Numbered from the stretch's first letter, positions 9,310 through 20,661 are shown. The stretch: 64,000 nucleotides of DNA from Gammaproteobacteria bacterium (GCA_963662545.2 CAXXLL010000002.1:2527135-2591134), one strand, 5' to 3'. The notes: generated from the sequence alone by a model not told the origin. A program made the numbers and translations.

Positions 9310-11148
9310 TTAGACATGCAATACGTCATAAATACGCTGCGCGAGTTCCTGGCTGATGCCGGGCACCCGCCGCAGGTCGTCGATCCCCGCCCGGGTGATG
9401 CCTTGCAGCCCGCCGAAATGCTGCATTAATTTCTGCCGCCGTTTGGCGCCAATGCCGATGATCTGCTCGAGCGGCGACCGTTTTCGCGTGTTTGCGCGCG
9501 ATCGACGGTGCGCTTCGATGGCGAACCGGTGCGCTTCATCGCGCACGTGCTGCAGCAGATGCAGCGCCGGCGAATCCGGCGCCAGCCGATATTCGCGCAG
9601 GCCGTCGTGTAGCACAAGCTTCTCGAAGCCGGGCTTACGTGTCACCCCCTTGGCGATCCCGACGACTAGGACGTCGTCGATCTGTAATTCGTCGAGCACT
9701 GCCAGCGCCTGCGCGACCTGCCCCTTGCCGCCATCGATCAGGATGAGGTCTGGCATCGCGCCCTCCTCCCGTTTGAGGCGGCTGTAACGACGGTCGAGAG
9801 CCTCGTGCATGGCGGCGTAATCATCGCCCGCCCCCGCTTGCTTGATATTGAACTTACGGTAGTCGGATTTCCGCGGACCGCTGCGATCGAACACCACGCA
9901 CGAAGCCACCGTCGATTCACCCGCGAGATGGCTGACATCGAAACATTCAATGCACTCGATCGCGACGTCGCGATCGAGTGCATCACTCAGCGCCGCGATG
10001 CGCTCGTGATGATCGGCCTCGGCGGACAATCGATGATCGAGCGCCATTACGGCGTTGTCGGTCGCCATGCGCACCCATTTCGAACGCTCGCCGCGCACCG
10101 AGTCTCGGATCCGGATACGGCGGCCGTGGGCTTGCGACAATGCTTCGGCCAGCCACTGTGCCTCGCCAAGGGTCTCGCCGACGATGATGTCACGCGGTAT
10201 ATCGCGGTCGCGGTGGGCGGCGAGATAAAACTGCGCGAGGAAGGCCTCGAGCACGTCTCCGGAGCTGGCACCCTGGGTATGGGCGGGGAAAAATGCCTTG
10301 TTCCCGAGCATGCGTCCGTGCCGAATGAAAAAGACCTGCACGCAGCCGACACCCGCCTTGACCGCCGCTGCGACGACGTCGAAATCGCCCGAAATACCCG
10401 CCACATGCTGTTCGGATTGAACCTTCTGCAAGCTCGTGATCTGGTCGCGAAACCTTGCCGCGCGTTCGAACTCAAGCGCCGAAGATGCCTCCTCCATCTG
10501 TCGCACCAGATAGTCGATCACCTCCTGGGCGCGCCCTTCGAGAAACAGGATGGCGTGCCGGACGTCAGCGGCATATTCCTCGGCACCGATCAATCCCACG
10601 CAGGGTGCTGTACACCGGTCGATTTGATATTGCAGACACGGTCGGCTGCGGTTACTGAAGAAACTATCCTCGCACTGCCGGATCATGAAGAGCTTTTGCA
10701 GCAGCTTGAGTGTCGAGCGAACGGCGCCGGCGTTCGGAAACGGTCCAAAATAGCGCCCTTTACCGGAGCGGGCTCCGCGATGAAAACGCAAGCGCGGGAA
10801 TTCATGTTCGAGTTCCGCATAAATGTACGGATAACTCTTGTCGTCACGCAGGACGACGTTGTAGCGCGGCCGCAGTTCCTTGATCAGGTTGCTTTCGAGT
10901 ATCAGCGCCTCGTTCTCATTCGCGGTTATCGTTACCTCGATCGAATGGATGCTCGCGATCATGGCGCGCACTTTTGCGGTCGCACCCGTCTGGCGATTGA
11001 AATAGCTGCTGACGCGCTTGCGTAGATGGCGCGCCTTACCGACGTAGATGACCTGGCCGCGATCGTCGAGCATGCGGTAAATCCCCGCCGAGGTCGGCAT
11101 ATCACGACACCTCGCGCGTAGCGACGACAATCGATCCCCAACCGTCAT
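9310..11148 (-). CDS. uvrC: Excinuclease ABC subunit C
   Basis: GIY-YIG (GIYRM..IYVGKA), DDKSYPY, RDEAHRFAI, HhH C-terminus; ATG at 11148 overlaps the upstream stop. Confidence 0.97.
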   Translation of the reverse strand: MTVGDRLSSLRARCRDMPTSAGIYRMLDDRGQVIYVGKARHLRKRVSSYFNRQTGATAKVRAMIASIHSIEVTITANENEALILESNLIKELRPRYNVVLRDDKSYPYIYAELEHEFPRLRFHRGARSGKGRYFGPFPNAGAVRSTLKLLQKLFMIRQCEDSFFSNRSRPCLQYQIDRCTAPCVGLIGAEEYAADVRHAILFLEGRAQEVIDYLVRQMEEASSALEFERAARFRDQITSLQKVQSEQHVAGISGDFDVVAAAVKAGVGCVQVFFIRHGRMLGNKAFFPAHTQGASSGDVLEAFLAQFYLAAHRDRDIPRDIIVGETLGEAQWLAEALSQAHGRRIRIRDSVRGERSKWVRMATDNAVMALDHRLSAEADHHERIAALSDALDRDVAIECIECFDVSHLAGESTVASCVVFDRSGPRKSDYRKFNIKQAGAGDDYAAMHEALDRRYSRLKREEGAMPDLILIDGGKGQVAQALAVLDELQIDDVLVVGIAKGVTRKPGFEKLVLHDGLREYRLAPDSPALHLLQHVRDEAHRFAIEAHRRSRANTRKRSPLEQIIGIGAKRRQKLMQHFGGLQGITRAGIDDLRRVPGISQELAQRIYDVLHV

Positions 11149-11801
11149 GCCGACTTCCGCCCCAAACGTAATCGCGCCCGTTCGAACACCTGGTCGAACA
11201 TCGCCTCGGTTAAGCGACCGGTCTGCGTGTTGTAGCGGCTGCAGTGATATGAATCGATCAACCACAAGTCCTGCCCGGCCAATTCGTGTTCGGCGTTATG
11301 TGAGAATTTGAGTTGTTTCAAAGGCAGGTTCAGCGCTCGAGCAATGGCCTCGTGCGCGATGCGGCCGAGCGCGATGAGAACCGAATCTTTCGTCAATGTC
11401 TTCAATTCCGCAGCAAGGTAGGAATTACAGTTCGAAATTTCGGCGGCCTTCGGCTTGTTTGCGGGCGGCACGCACTTGACGGCATTCGTGATACGGCAAT
11501 CCAGCAAGCTCAAGCCATCCTCCGCGCTGAGCGAGTGCGGACGGCTCGCAAAGCCGAAGCGGTGCAGCGTACGATACAGGAGGATACCGGCGTGGTCTCC
11601 GGTGAAGGGCCGGCCGGTCGCGTTGGCACCGTGCAGCCCCGGTGCCAGTCCAACGATCAACAAGCGCGCTTGGGGGTCGCCGAACGACGGGACGGGTGAG
11701 GCATGGTATTCAGGATGCTGCTCACCCGTTTGCCGAAGATACTCGACCAGACGGGAGCAGCGCTTGCAGCTGCCGTCGAAAACAATGCCGCCAGCCCGCA
11801 T
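11145..11801 (-). CDS. Uracil-DNA glycosylase, family 5 (UdgB-like, Fe-S)
   Basis: CxxC, GLAPGLHGANATGRPFTGD, HCSRYNTQTGRL. Confidence 0.9.
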   Translation of the reverse strand: MRAGGIVFDGSCKRCSRLVEYLRQTGEQHPEYHASPVPSFGDPQARLLIVGLAPGLHGANATGRPFTGDHAGILLYRTLHRFGFASRPHSLSAEDGLSLLDCRITNAVKCVPPANKPKAAEISNCNSYLAAELKTLTKDSVLIALGRIAHEAIARALNLPLKQLKFSHNAEHELAGQDLWLIDSYHCSRYNTQTGRLTEAMFDQVFERARLRLGRKSA

Positions 11802-11991
11802 ATCTCACCCGCGTTCGTCGCGAGTCGGTTCAGCAAACTCCGTTGCACGGCCCATGATGAGATGCCTCACCCCCCGGCCAGAGTACTGACGTCGATCAGG
11901 CCCTGTTCGCGGGCGACACCCGCGAGGTGGACGCCGTTCTGGACGCCCAGCTTCGACAACAGCTAGCGGCGGAAAATCTATCCTCGATTTC

Positions 11992-12549
11992 TTAACCGCC
12001 CGACGACGTGTCCCCATGCCATAAAGGCTCCCGGTTTTTACGAAGAGAATTCAGATACACCGAGAATATCAATTTGATGCTATCGGTATAGTGACTCGGA
12101 TCACGCGACATCCGATCGCGCAGGTCTTCGCACGTATGCCATGCGATGTCCTCGATTTCGTCCGCGGCGGGAACCGGCACGAGATCGGTTACGCAGAGAT
12201 AGGCGTGAACGAATTCGAATCCCGTGCGGGGACCCGCGGGTAATTGGCACAGGCCGTGGAGTCGAAGTCCTTCAAGTCCCAGCTCCTCATGCAGTTCTCG
12301 GATTGCCGCGGTTTCATATCGCTCTCCGCGACCGACGTGGCCGGCGGCCGAGGTGTCCCAAAGTCCGGGATCGCAGTCTTTGTGCAATCCGCGACGCTGG
12401 GTGAGCACCTTGCCGCTGGAATTGACCACCAGGACGTGTACCGAGCGATGCATTAGCCCGTTCGCGTGGACGTCGGCGCGCGACGCCTCGCTGACCACGC
12501 GATCGTCGGCATCGACGACATCGAGTATCTCGTCGTCAGCTGCAGCCAC
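11992..12549 (-). CDS. NUDIX hydrolase (IDI/YfcD-like)
   Basis: HRSVHV, PGLWD, GExYETAAIRELHEELG. Confidence 0.88.
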   Translation of the reverse strand: MAAADDEILDVVDADDRVVSEASRADVHANGLMHRSVHVLVVNSSGKVLTQRRGLHKDCDPGLWDTSAAGHVGRGERYETAAIRELHEELGLEGLRLHGLCQLPAGPRTGFEFVHAYLCVTDLVPVPAADEIEDIAWHTCEDLRDRMSRDPSHYTDSIKLIFSVYLNSLRKNREPLWHGDTSSGG

Positions 12550-12573
12550 GGATCCGGCAGCTCATTCAGTTCG

Positions 12574-15045
12574 TCACGCCGCGTCCGCGGCCCGGTCCGC
12601 TTCCGCCGCTACCGCCCACAGCTCGGCGGAGTCGAAATCGTCAACATCGATGGCCCGCCGGATGGCTTTTTCCAGCACCCGTAGCTGTTCGGCTTCCGTC
12701 TCCGAAATGACGCCTGCTTCGAGCGCGGCGGTAGGCACGTCCACCCCATATGCTCGAAACGTATCGCTCTTGATCGCCTCGCGCACGCGTTGCGACAGCG
12801 CTTCGCACTGTTCAGTCGTCCTGAGCGCGTACTCGAGGCATCCGATAGGATCGCTTTCCGAATCCACCAGATACATGCCGAATGAAAGGCGATCGCGAAC
12901 TTCGCGCGATTCCGCGAGCAAATTCGCGACGCTTGTAGTCAGCTCGTCATTCGGCCGACGCCAGCGGCGACCCCAGGGAAACACGACCCTGCGCAGACCC
13001 CAGGCAACACTGCGCACGGGGAGGTTTTGCAGGATTTCATCCAAGCGGCTTTGCACGGTATAGAGTCCGTCGCGCATGGCGAATTCCAGCAACGGCAATT
13101 CCGCCGCGCTCCTGCCGCCGTCCTCGAAATGTTTAAGCGCGCAACTCAGCAGATACAGTTCACCCAGCACGTCGGCAAACCGCCCCGACAACATTTCGCG
13201 GCGCTTCAAGGCCCCGCCCAACTGCGCCAGTGTGGCGTCGGCAATGACGGCAAACGAGGCGCTCGCGCGTTCCAGTTGCGCGTACCAGTAATTGACCTCG
13301 CCGACCGAGGGGGCACTGCCGAGTTTGCCGCCGGTAAGGTTGCGGAACGCGGCCCGCGCCAGATTTGTGAGAATGTGCCCTATATGTCCCATGAAGGCGT
13401 TGTCGAAACGCGCCAGCGCGTCGTCCGGATCGTCGAGCGCCGCGGCATTCATCTCCTCCAGCAACCACGGATGGCAGCGTACGGCGCCCTGGCCGAATAT
13501 GATCAAGGAGCGGGTGAGAATATTCGCCCCTTCCACCGTGATCGCGACGGGCGCCGCCATGTAAGGATGGAACAGGTAGTTCGATGGTCCGTCGCAGATC
13601 GCGCGGCCGCCGTGGACATCCATCGCGTCGTTAACGCTCGCACGCATGCGCTCCGTCGCCTGATACTTGAGCACGGCCGACAGCACCGACGGCTCCTCCC
13701 CGATGTCGAGAGCACCGGCCGTGACGTTGCGGGCGGCGTCGATCAGGTAGGTATTCGCGGCAATACGCGCCATCGCTTCCTGCACGCCTTCGAAACGGCT
13801 GAGCGGCACGTTGAATTGTTGACGGACACGCGCATAGGCTCCGGTCGTACGCGCGCAGACCTTGAGCACGCCCGCACTCGATGCCGGCAGTGAAATCGAT
13901 CGGCCGACCGCAAGGCAGTTCATCAACATCCGCCATCCGTCACCGCAGCGCGCCTGTCCGCCGATAATCCATTCCATCGGAATGAAAACCTCACGTCCCG
14001 AATTCGGTCCGTTCTGAAACGCCTGGCGCGCCGGATAGTGGCGTCGTCCGATCTCGACGCCCGGATGGTCGGTCGGGATCAAGGCCAGGGTAATGCCGAC
14101 GTCTTCGTCTTCACCGTCGCCGAGCAGCCCGTCGGGATCGTAGAGCTGAAATGCGAGCCCGAGCAAACTTGCCACCGGGCCAAGCGTGATATAGCGCTTT
14201 TCCCAGGTCACCCGCATGCCGAGAACCGTGCGGCCGTCGTGCTCGCCCTCGCAGACGATCCCGAAATCCGGGATGTTCGCCGCATCGGATCCCGCATACG
14301 GATTCGTCAATGCGAAACAAGGGATCTCCTCACCACGCGCGAGACGCGGCAGGTAATGATCTTTCTGTTCTTCCGTACCGTAGCGCATGAGCAACTCGGC
14401 CGGTCCAAGTGAATTCGGCACCATGCAACTGACCGCGGCCGTGCCCGACCGGGTCGCCAGCTTCATCATGATTTCGGAATGTGCGTGCGCCGAAAAACCG
14501 AGCCCGCCGTATTCCTTCGGGATGATGATCCCGAGGATCCCGCTGGTCTTGATGTAATCCCAAGCCGATGCCGGCAGATCGCCGAGTTCGCGCGAGATCT
14601 CCCATTCGTTCACCATTTCGCAGAGTTCCGTGACGGGCCCGTCAATAAAAGCCTGCTCTTCGTCGCTCAAGGCCTTGGCCGGCAAATCCAGCAGCCGGCG
14701 CCAGTCGGGTGCACCAGAGAAAAGCTCCGCATCCCACCACACGGTGCCAGCGTCGAGCGCGTCGCGCTCTGTTTGGGACATCGTGGGCAGCGATTTACGG
14801 AAAAAGGCGAGCACCGGCGCCGTCAAGTAGCGCCGGCGTAAATCACCGAAATTGAGCAGCAACATCACCGCCCAGGTAAGCCATGCCGCGACCATCAACA
14901 GGCCGGAGAGTACCCCTTGCCCAACGTTACTCAAGACCAATAGGCCGATTCCCGAGGCCGCCGTTGCGATCGACAAGGGCGCTTTGAGGTAGGCGAGCAG
15001 GCCGCCGCCGGCGATGATCGCGAATGATAGAAACAGGAAATTCAT
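12574..15045 (-). CDS. fadE: Long-chain acyl-CoA dehydrogenase FadE
   Basis: 823 aa, N-terminal TM segment, VPNSLGPAELL, ITVEGANILTR. Confidence 0.92.
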   Translation of the reverse strand: MNFLFLSFAIIAGGGLLAYLKAPLSIATAASGIGLLVLSNVGQGVLSGLLMVAAWLTWAVMLLLNFGDLRRRYLTAPVLAFFRKSLPTMSQTERDALDAGTVWWDAELFSGAPDWRRLLDLPAKALSDEEQAFIDGPVTELCEMVNEWEISRELGDLPASAWDYIKTSGILGIIIPKEYGGLGFSAHAHSEIMMKLATRSGTAAVSCMVPNSLGPAELLMRYGTEEQKDHYLPRLARGEEIPCFALTNPYAGSDAANIPDFGIVCEGEHDGRTVLGMRVTWEKRYITLGPVASLLGLAFQLYDPDGLLGDGEDEDVGITLALIPTDHPGVEIGRRHYPARQAFQNGPNSGREVFIPMEWIIGGQARCGDGWRMLMNCLAVGRSISLPASSAGVLKVCARTTGAYARVRQQFNVPLSRFEGVQEAMARIAANTYLIDAARNVTAGALDIGEEPSVLSAVLKYQATERMRASVNDAMDVHGGRAICDGPSNYLFHPYMAAPVAITVEGANILTRSLIIFGQGAVRCHPWLLEEMNAAALDDPDDALARFDNAFMGHIGHILTNLARAAFRNLTGGKLGSAPSVGEVNYWYAQLERASASFAVIADATLAQLGGALKRREMLSGRFADVLGELYLLSCALKHFEDGGRSAAELPLLEFAMRDGLYTVQSRLDEILQNLPVRSVAWGLRRVVFPWGRRWRRPNDELTTSVANLLAESREVRDRLSFGMYLVDSESDPIGCLEYALRTTEQCEALSQRVREAIKSDTFRAYGVDVPTAALEAGVISETEAEQLRVLEKAIRRAIDVDDFDSAELWAVAAEADRAADAA

Positions 15046-15220
15046 GTTCGGTCTCCTCGCATTGTGTAACGCGGCTTATCGCCGAGACCCCGGCATGCGG
15101 ATCCGCCACTGCTTCGCCCGCTTGCGGGCGAAATATTTTCTACTCGAATTCTCGGGTGCCAATCCTAGTATCGGCACCCACCGGGCTAAATTCTACCTGG
15201 AGACGGTAGCAGCCCGCGGC

Positions 15221-16465
15221 CTACTCCCCGGCGATCGCCGAAGTTCCCACCAAAGTTTCGCTGACCACCTGGTTTCGGCCCTGCCCTTTGGCCAGATAAA
15301 GTGCCTTGTCCGCAACACCCATCAAGGTCTCGCCGGCGCCCGTATCGTCGGGCATCGTCGTGCTGATCCCGAAACTCGCGGTCACGTTGTCCTTGATTTG
15401 CGAGCCCTCGTGCCGGATCGCCAGTTCGTCGAACGCAGTACGCGTGTTTTCCGCCAGTTTGAGCGCGGCCTCATGATCCGTCGACGGCAGCAGCAGCGCA
15501 AATTCTTCGCCGCCGATACGCGCCGCCAGATCGCCGCCGCGGCGACAGTAGGATTCGAGGATACGCGCAAATGACTTTATGCATTCATCGCCCTCTTGAT
15601 GGCCGTAGAGATCGTTGAACTGCTTGAAGTAATCGATATCGCAGATCACCAGCGATAGGTAAGTCCGGTCTCTGAATGCGCGCGAGATCTCCGAATTAAG
15701 CCGCTTGTCGAAGTATCTGCGATTGGCTATCCCGGTCAGTCCGTCAGTCGCCGACATCTTCTCCGCGCGGTCCCTGGCGGCCCGCAACAGCCGTTCGGTG
15801 TCCATGCGCTGGCTGAGTTCGGCCGTCGTCTTTTCAGCGTCGGCGCCGAGCTGTTCCGCGAGCATCGCGTTCTCGAGCCTTAAGCGAATCTGCGTCTCGA
15901 GAACGTGCCGCGCTTGGCGGATGACGACGAACTGATGCGCGTAGAGCAGGACCAAGGCAACCCCGACCGCGTAGTACGCCGGATTACCGCTGGCCGCGAT
16001 GGCGCCGAGGCTCGCGACCCCGATCGGGACCGTGACGGCCAGCACGGCATAGAGATTGATGCCGTAGGAGCCGAACGCAGCGATCCCGATACCCGTGGCA
16101 AAGAGCAGCGCCGTAAACATCATGATCTCGTCGACCAGCCACGCGATGAGCACCGGGGCGATACCCCAAATCGTGCCCGTTGCCAGCATGATCAGGTAGA
16201 AAAGCCAGATCGGTGCCACGGGCAGGGATTCGCTCTCAGAGGCGGCTGGGCGCGCGACCCACCATCGCAGGGCCAGGACCGAAACCAAAGCCAGCCACCA
16301 CATCCACGTCTGCGGGACAGCCGCAAACTGCGTGAAAAAAGCGGCGTAGATCGCGCCGACGAAAACCGTCGGCAGAGTCGATGCGCGGACGTTCTGCAGC
16401 AGTAGCGACCACCGCTCACGCTCGATGTCCGTACGGATGTCGTCTACGACCGTCGCCTCGACCAT
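15221..16465 (-). CDS. Membrane-bound diguanylate cyclase
   Basis: Several TM helices, DIDYFKQFND, RIGGEEF. Confidence 0.9.
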   Translation of the reverse strand: MVEATVVDDIRTDIERERWSLLLQNVRASTLPTVFVGAIYAAFFTQFAAVPQTWMWWLALVSVLALRWWVARPAASESESLPVAPIWLFYLIMLATGTIWGIAPVLIAWLVDEIMMFTALLFATGIGIAAFGSYGINLYAVLAVTVPIGVASLGAIAASGNPAYYAVGVALVLLYAHQFVVIRQARHVLETQIRLRLENAMLAEQLGADAEKTTAELSQRMDTERLLRAARDRAEKMSATDGLTGIANRRYFDKRLNSEISRAFRDRTYLSLVICDIDYFKQFNDLYGHQEGDECIKSFARILESYCRRGGDLAARIGGEEFALLLPSTDHEAALKLAENTRTAFDELAIRHEGSQIKDNVTASFGISTTMPDDTGAGETLMGVADKALYLAKGQGRNQVVSETLVGTSAIAGE

Positions 16466-16748
16466 GGGTCAATTTCCACCTATTTTTTTCGTCCGTCCCC
16501 CTCCCCGAACGCGCAGGGAACGTCCGAGAATCCCGGCGCGGCCACGCGCATTACCGCGGCCATCGGATGATAACCGATGGTCGAACTAAGTTCCGCAGGG
16601 TGTCAGGAGCGCAAGATTATGAGGATGCGATCCAAGAGAAGCCGGCCCTGCACAAGGCCATTTCGCTTGCACCGGAAACATGGGTAGCAGGTGGGGCGAG
16701 CGACGCGAAACCATCGCGACAGCTTCGAGTCGAGCAGCCGTTACGGCG

Positions 16749-17051
16749 TCAGATTGAAACCACCCACGCCGACGATTCAGCGCGCGCGTAAATGTGATTC
16801 GGATCGGCCGCCAGCACGCGTTCAAACGCGAATAGGGCGATGCCCGCGCGTCCGGAATCCAGCGCGGCGATGCCGTAGATGTAATCGAATTCGGGGTCGT
16901 CCGCGGGCTCTTGCTCTTCAGCGAGCAGCCGGAATGCATCTTCCGCTTTTCCTTGTTCCATCAGGCGTCGCGCCTGTTCGAGATCGGCGGCGATGGCCGT
17001 GAAAGTCGACGCCAGCAGCAATACGGCAAAAAGCCCGCAAACCTGATTCAT
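16749..17051 (-). pseudogene. Truncated secreted TPR protein (Slam/DUF560-like N-terminus)
   Basis: Signal peptide and FDYIYGIAALDSG..ALFAFERVL; stops after ~100 aa. Confidence 0.55.
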
Positions 17052-17230
17052 TCCCCGCTCCCCATGAACTTCGATGTGCGTTTACGAGGCGGTATCGAAA
17101 GATAGATCTAAGCTGATGAAAACAGTGTATTCCATTGTAATTTATAGGTTCTCCGATATCAAAGTATTATTTACTTGTGCAAGCCGCATGCTGATGAGAC
17201 CCGTTTCGAGAGCGATGTTTTTCTCCGATT

Positions 17231-17623
17231 TTAGTCCGCCAGCTTCGCCGTGCACTTAATTTCCACCAGCAATCCCGGCATCGCCAGCGTCGTAACCCCG
17301 ATGCCGGTCCAGGCGGGCACACGGCCCGTGAAGTACCGGTCTTTAACCTCCATGAACAACAGCAAATCCCGCATGTCGACGTGATACGTGATCATTTCAA
17401 CGACGTTATCGAATCCGGCCCCGGCCGCCGCCAGCACTTTTTTCACGTTCTCGAAGGCCTGGGTGAATTGCGCCTCAGTGCCCTCGATGACGTTCAGGTT
17501 CTCATCGCGTCCCACTTGCCCGGCGATGTACAAGGTATCGTCGACCAAGACGCCGGGCGCGTAATGGAAACGCTCGAAGATGTTCTCCATGCCAGTGGGA
17601 ATGATGTCTCTGCGCTCTTTCAT
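17231..17623 (-). CDS. RidA/YjgF family protein
   Basis: LYIAGQVG, PAWTGIGV..L..PGLLVEI. Confidence 0.9.
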   Translation of the reverse strand: MKERRDIIPTGMENIFERFHYAPGVLVDDTLYIAGQVGRDENLNVIEGTEAQFTQAFENVKKVLAAAGAGFDNVVEMITYHVDMRDLLLFMEVKDRYFTGRVPAWTGIGVTTLAMPGLLVEIKCTAKLAD

Positions 17624-18073
17624 GCCCTTTCATCCACCCGATTGATATTCTAGGCATCTTACCATCGGGTCGTCGCGCGCGACCTAGGTCGTACCGTAAC
17701 TGACCTCGACGCTGGCCAGCGGTTTTGGCCGACGACTTGATCGGTCGCCGACTTCTTTTTCGGATCCGGTCTGCGGATACGCGGTACGGCCTCCATCTCC
17801 TCGACCGTCTTGAATCGCTGCATGCCGATCGACCGTGTTTTTAGCTTGAGGTAGCGAGAAAGCGCCTGGCTGATCGCTGCAAAGCCGTACTCCTCGGTAT
17901 CGTTCCAGCAATTGGGGTGACCATGATGACTCCCCGAATCTCAGCCTGTTGAAATGCGATTTTCTATCGTTCTTCAACATCCTGTTAGTCGATTATTTCG
18001 GTATATTAACGAGCGCTTTCGTCAAGGGACATGGTCACCGACTCGGCCGCGGCGATAAGCCCCGTGTTTTAGG

Positions 18074-19114
18074 CTAAATAGGTGATCCAAATCCGACACT
18101 CGGGCAGTTTCCCGGGAATGGACTTGCCGCACGCATGAAGGCACGTACTGCGTCCATCAGACGGTCGATGGTCGAGTAACGATGATTCCGGGTGACATTG
18201 TCGTGCAACTGTTTCCAGAGTTTCTCAATGTCATTGACCCAGGGCTGATAGGCCGGCTGGAACAGCAATCGGAATTTCGGATTGTGCTTTAGCCAGACGT
18301 GTGCCAAGCGACATTTGTGGATGATGTAGTTATCCACGATCAAGATAATTCGACGCGCGGCGCGGTAAGTTTGCCGCAGGTGGTCGAGCAGGCAAAGGAA
18401 TAGGTCGCTGTTTTTCCGTGTGCCCTCGACATACGCAACGCGACCGGTTCGTGCGTGCAGCGCGCCCGCCAGATAGCGTTTCCGGTTTTGCCCAGGCGTG
18501 GGGATGGCACGTTGACAACCTTGAGTAGACCAAAGGAAACCGATTTTGGGATTGAGGTCGATATCGACCTCATCGGCGTAAAACACTTCATGCCCCGATG
18601 GGGCTCGAGACAACGCACGATGAATGGCTTTCAGGCGCGTGGCTGCCCGTGGGTCGCGCAGATGTAAGGTCGGACGAGCACGACGCCAGCCGAATCCCAA
18701 ATTAACTAGCCAGCGACGTACCGTAGAGGCGTGAATGGGCCGTGACAGCAACGAATTCAGCGTCTCGGCCAGCATCTCGCTCGTCCACGTACTGCGCAGG
18801 TAGCCATAATCACTGGGCGGCTGCTCAACTAACTCGGCGAGCGTCTCCAACAGGGTGTCATCCACCGTATACGCCCGCCGGCCCGAGCCGCACGCCTCGA
18901 GAAAGGCTTCACCCGCGGTCTGGAATTGCGTGACCCATCGATAAACCGTTGAACGCGCGACCGACAAACTGCGTGACACGGCCGTCGGTGAGACGCCTGA
19001 AGCTAACTGCAACAGGACTTGAGCGCGGCGAACCACCCGCCCGTTATCGCTGCGTTGAATCAACCGCTTAAAGCGACGTTTCTGTGAGCGCGTCAATGAC
19101 ACTAAACTATCCAT
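18074..19114 (-). CDS. IS630 transposase
   Basis: HTH, YADE...IVDNY..H, PAYQPWVNDIEKLW. Confidence 0.92.
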   Translation of the reverse strand: MDSLVSLTRSQKRRFKRLIQRSDNGRVVRRAQVLLQLASGVSPTAVSRSLSVARSTVYRWVTQFQTAGEAFLEACGSGRRAYTVDDTLLETLAELVEQPPSDYGYLRSTWTSEMLAETLNSLLSRPIHASTVRRWLVNLGFGWRRARPTLHLRDPRAATRLKAIHRALSRAPSGHEVFYADEVDIDLNPKIGFLWSTQGCQRAIPTPGQNRKRYLAGALHARTGRVAYVEGTRKNSDLFLCLLDHLRQTYRAARRIILIVDNYIIHKCRLAHVWLKHNPKFRLLFQPAYQPWVNDIEKLWKQLHDNVTRNHRYSTIDRLMDAVRAFMRAASPFPGNCPSVGFGSPI

Positions 19115-19220
19115 ACTCAGGTGACCTCTTTCGGGAACGTAGATTGCTCGATACAACCTCTGATCTCTGAATGTCACCTGAGTTCTTTTTATTTGATCGA
19201 GTTTTTGGAACACCTATTTA
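18075..19220 (-). mobile_element. IS630-family element
   Basis: Inverted repeats taaataggtgatccaaa / tttggaacacctattta with terminal TA. Confidence 0.9.
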
Positions 19221-19279
19221 GTAGTCAAAGCGGGTACTCTGACGGCAACGAACCGGTGAATTAACCAGGGGGATAAACC

Positions 19280-20083
19280 ATGGGCAAAGTCGAATGCAGC
19301 ATCGATGACGGCGTCGCGACCGTTACCTTCACCAACCCGCCGAAGGGCTTTTTCACCTCGGACATGGTGGCGCAAACGAGCGAGATCATGGCCTCGCTCG
19401 AAAGCGACGAAATCGTAAAGGTCATCGTTTTCACGGGCGGTCTGCCCGATGTCTTCATTCGTCATTTCTCGGTCGAGGAGATCATCGAGATGGCCGCGGC
19501 TTTGCGCACGCGCCGCGCTTCGGGTCTGCCGGATCCGAGGTTCGCGCGCACGCCTCTGCGCATGATGTGGGAAAACGTCGACAATTCGCGCAAGCCGACC
19601 ATCGCGGCCATCAATGGTTTTTGCGGTGGTGGCGGATGCGAGCTGACCCTGTGCTGCGACATCCGCCTCGCAGGCCCCGGCGACTACACCATCGGGCAGA
19701 TGGAGATCCTGGTCGGACTGCTGCCGGGAGCGGGCGGCACGACGCGCCTGGCGCGCACGGTGGGCACTGCCAAGGCCCTCGAATGGGTCCTGCGCGGTCG
19801 CACCTTCAACCCGCGCGAAGCCGCCGCCGAAGGTCTGGTGCATCATTACGTCGAAGGCAATGTGCTGCAGGCCGCCACGGAGATGGCGCGCGAATTCCTG
19901 GACAAGCCACCGGCGGCGCTGGCCTACATCAAGCAGGTCCTACGCTCGAGCTGCGGCAAAACGACGGCGGAAGGCGTCGACGAGGAAGGTGACCTGTTCG
20001 CCAATCTCATCGCCGAGGACGATCGCTGCCTTGACATGATGAAGGCTTATGTCGCGGGCGGGCACCAATTGACGAAGTATTGA
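19280..20083 (+). CDS. Enoyl-CoA hydratase/isomerase family protein
   Basis: KPTIAAINGFCGGGGCEL..CDIR, EILVGLLPGAGGT. Confidence 0.9.
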   Translation: MGKVECSIDDGVATVTFTNPPKGFFTSDMVAQTSEIMASLESDEIVKVIVFTGGLPDVFIRHFSVEEIIEMAAALRTRRASGLPDPRFARTPLRMMWENVDNSRKPTIAAINGFCGGGGCELTLCCDIRLAGPGDYTIGQMEILVGLLPGAGGTTRLARTVGTAKALEWVLRGRTFNPREAAAEGLVHHYVEGNVLQAATEMAREFLDKPPAALAYIKQVLRSSCGKTTAEGVDEEGDLFANLIAEDDRCLDMMKAYVAGGHQLTKY

Positions 20084-20661
20084 GCTTTCGCGCTCCCGCG
20101 CTTGAGCGAAGCAAGCGGCCGAAAATGCCTGCGGGGACGCCGAAGCTAGATGGCCGTCGGACCACCTTGCAGTGCACAATGCAAACAAACGTTGCAGCGC
20201 TAGGTAATTACTTTTTAAAAATTGCTGCTAGGTCTAGACTCGAAGGCAGAGTTATGGTCCCCAATGCGGGCAAAACCTTGCAGCCAACAAGCCCCTACGT
20301 CCCACCTGGGGCCGCTCCGAGGCATCCGAATTCGGGGGCAGTATATGATTTGCCGCCGTATCGCGTAATCGGTGATCACGTGAGCGCGTTGGCGTAACCG
20401 TATACTGTTCCCGAAACCATTCACAACGCGAATTGCTACGACTTTCTAAAGGGCCTACGAGGCCCTTTATTTATTGGCGGAGAGGGATGATGTTCCGATT
20501 TGCGAAGTTTTTCGCGGCCGTTGCATTGCTGCTCGTGCTGGCTCTGCTGTGGATGATGGGAGGGCCGTATGGCAAGCCGATGCGCCCAGGATCTGATCAT
20601 TTCGACCGGCACCAAGGCGAGAAGTACGGCCCCGTTGGGAAATGGCTGGCCCGGTGCGATC

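Noticed and set aside
9805-11025. 406-aa plus-strand ORF, and similar antisense ORFs at 3629, 5544, 13027, 47826 and 53910
   Set aside because: Antisense shadows of well-supported genes in GC-rich DNA.
17684-17980. 98-aa ORF
   Set aside because: No recognisable motif; not supportable.
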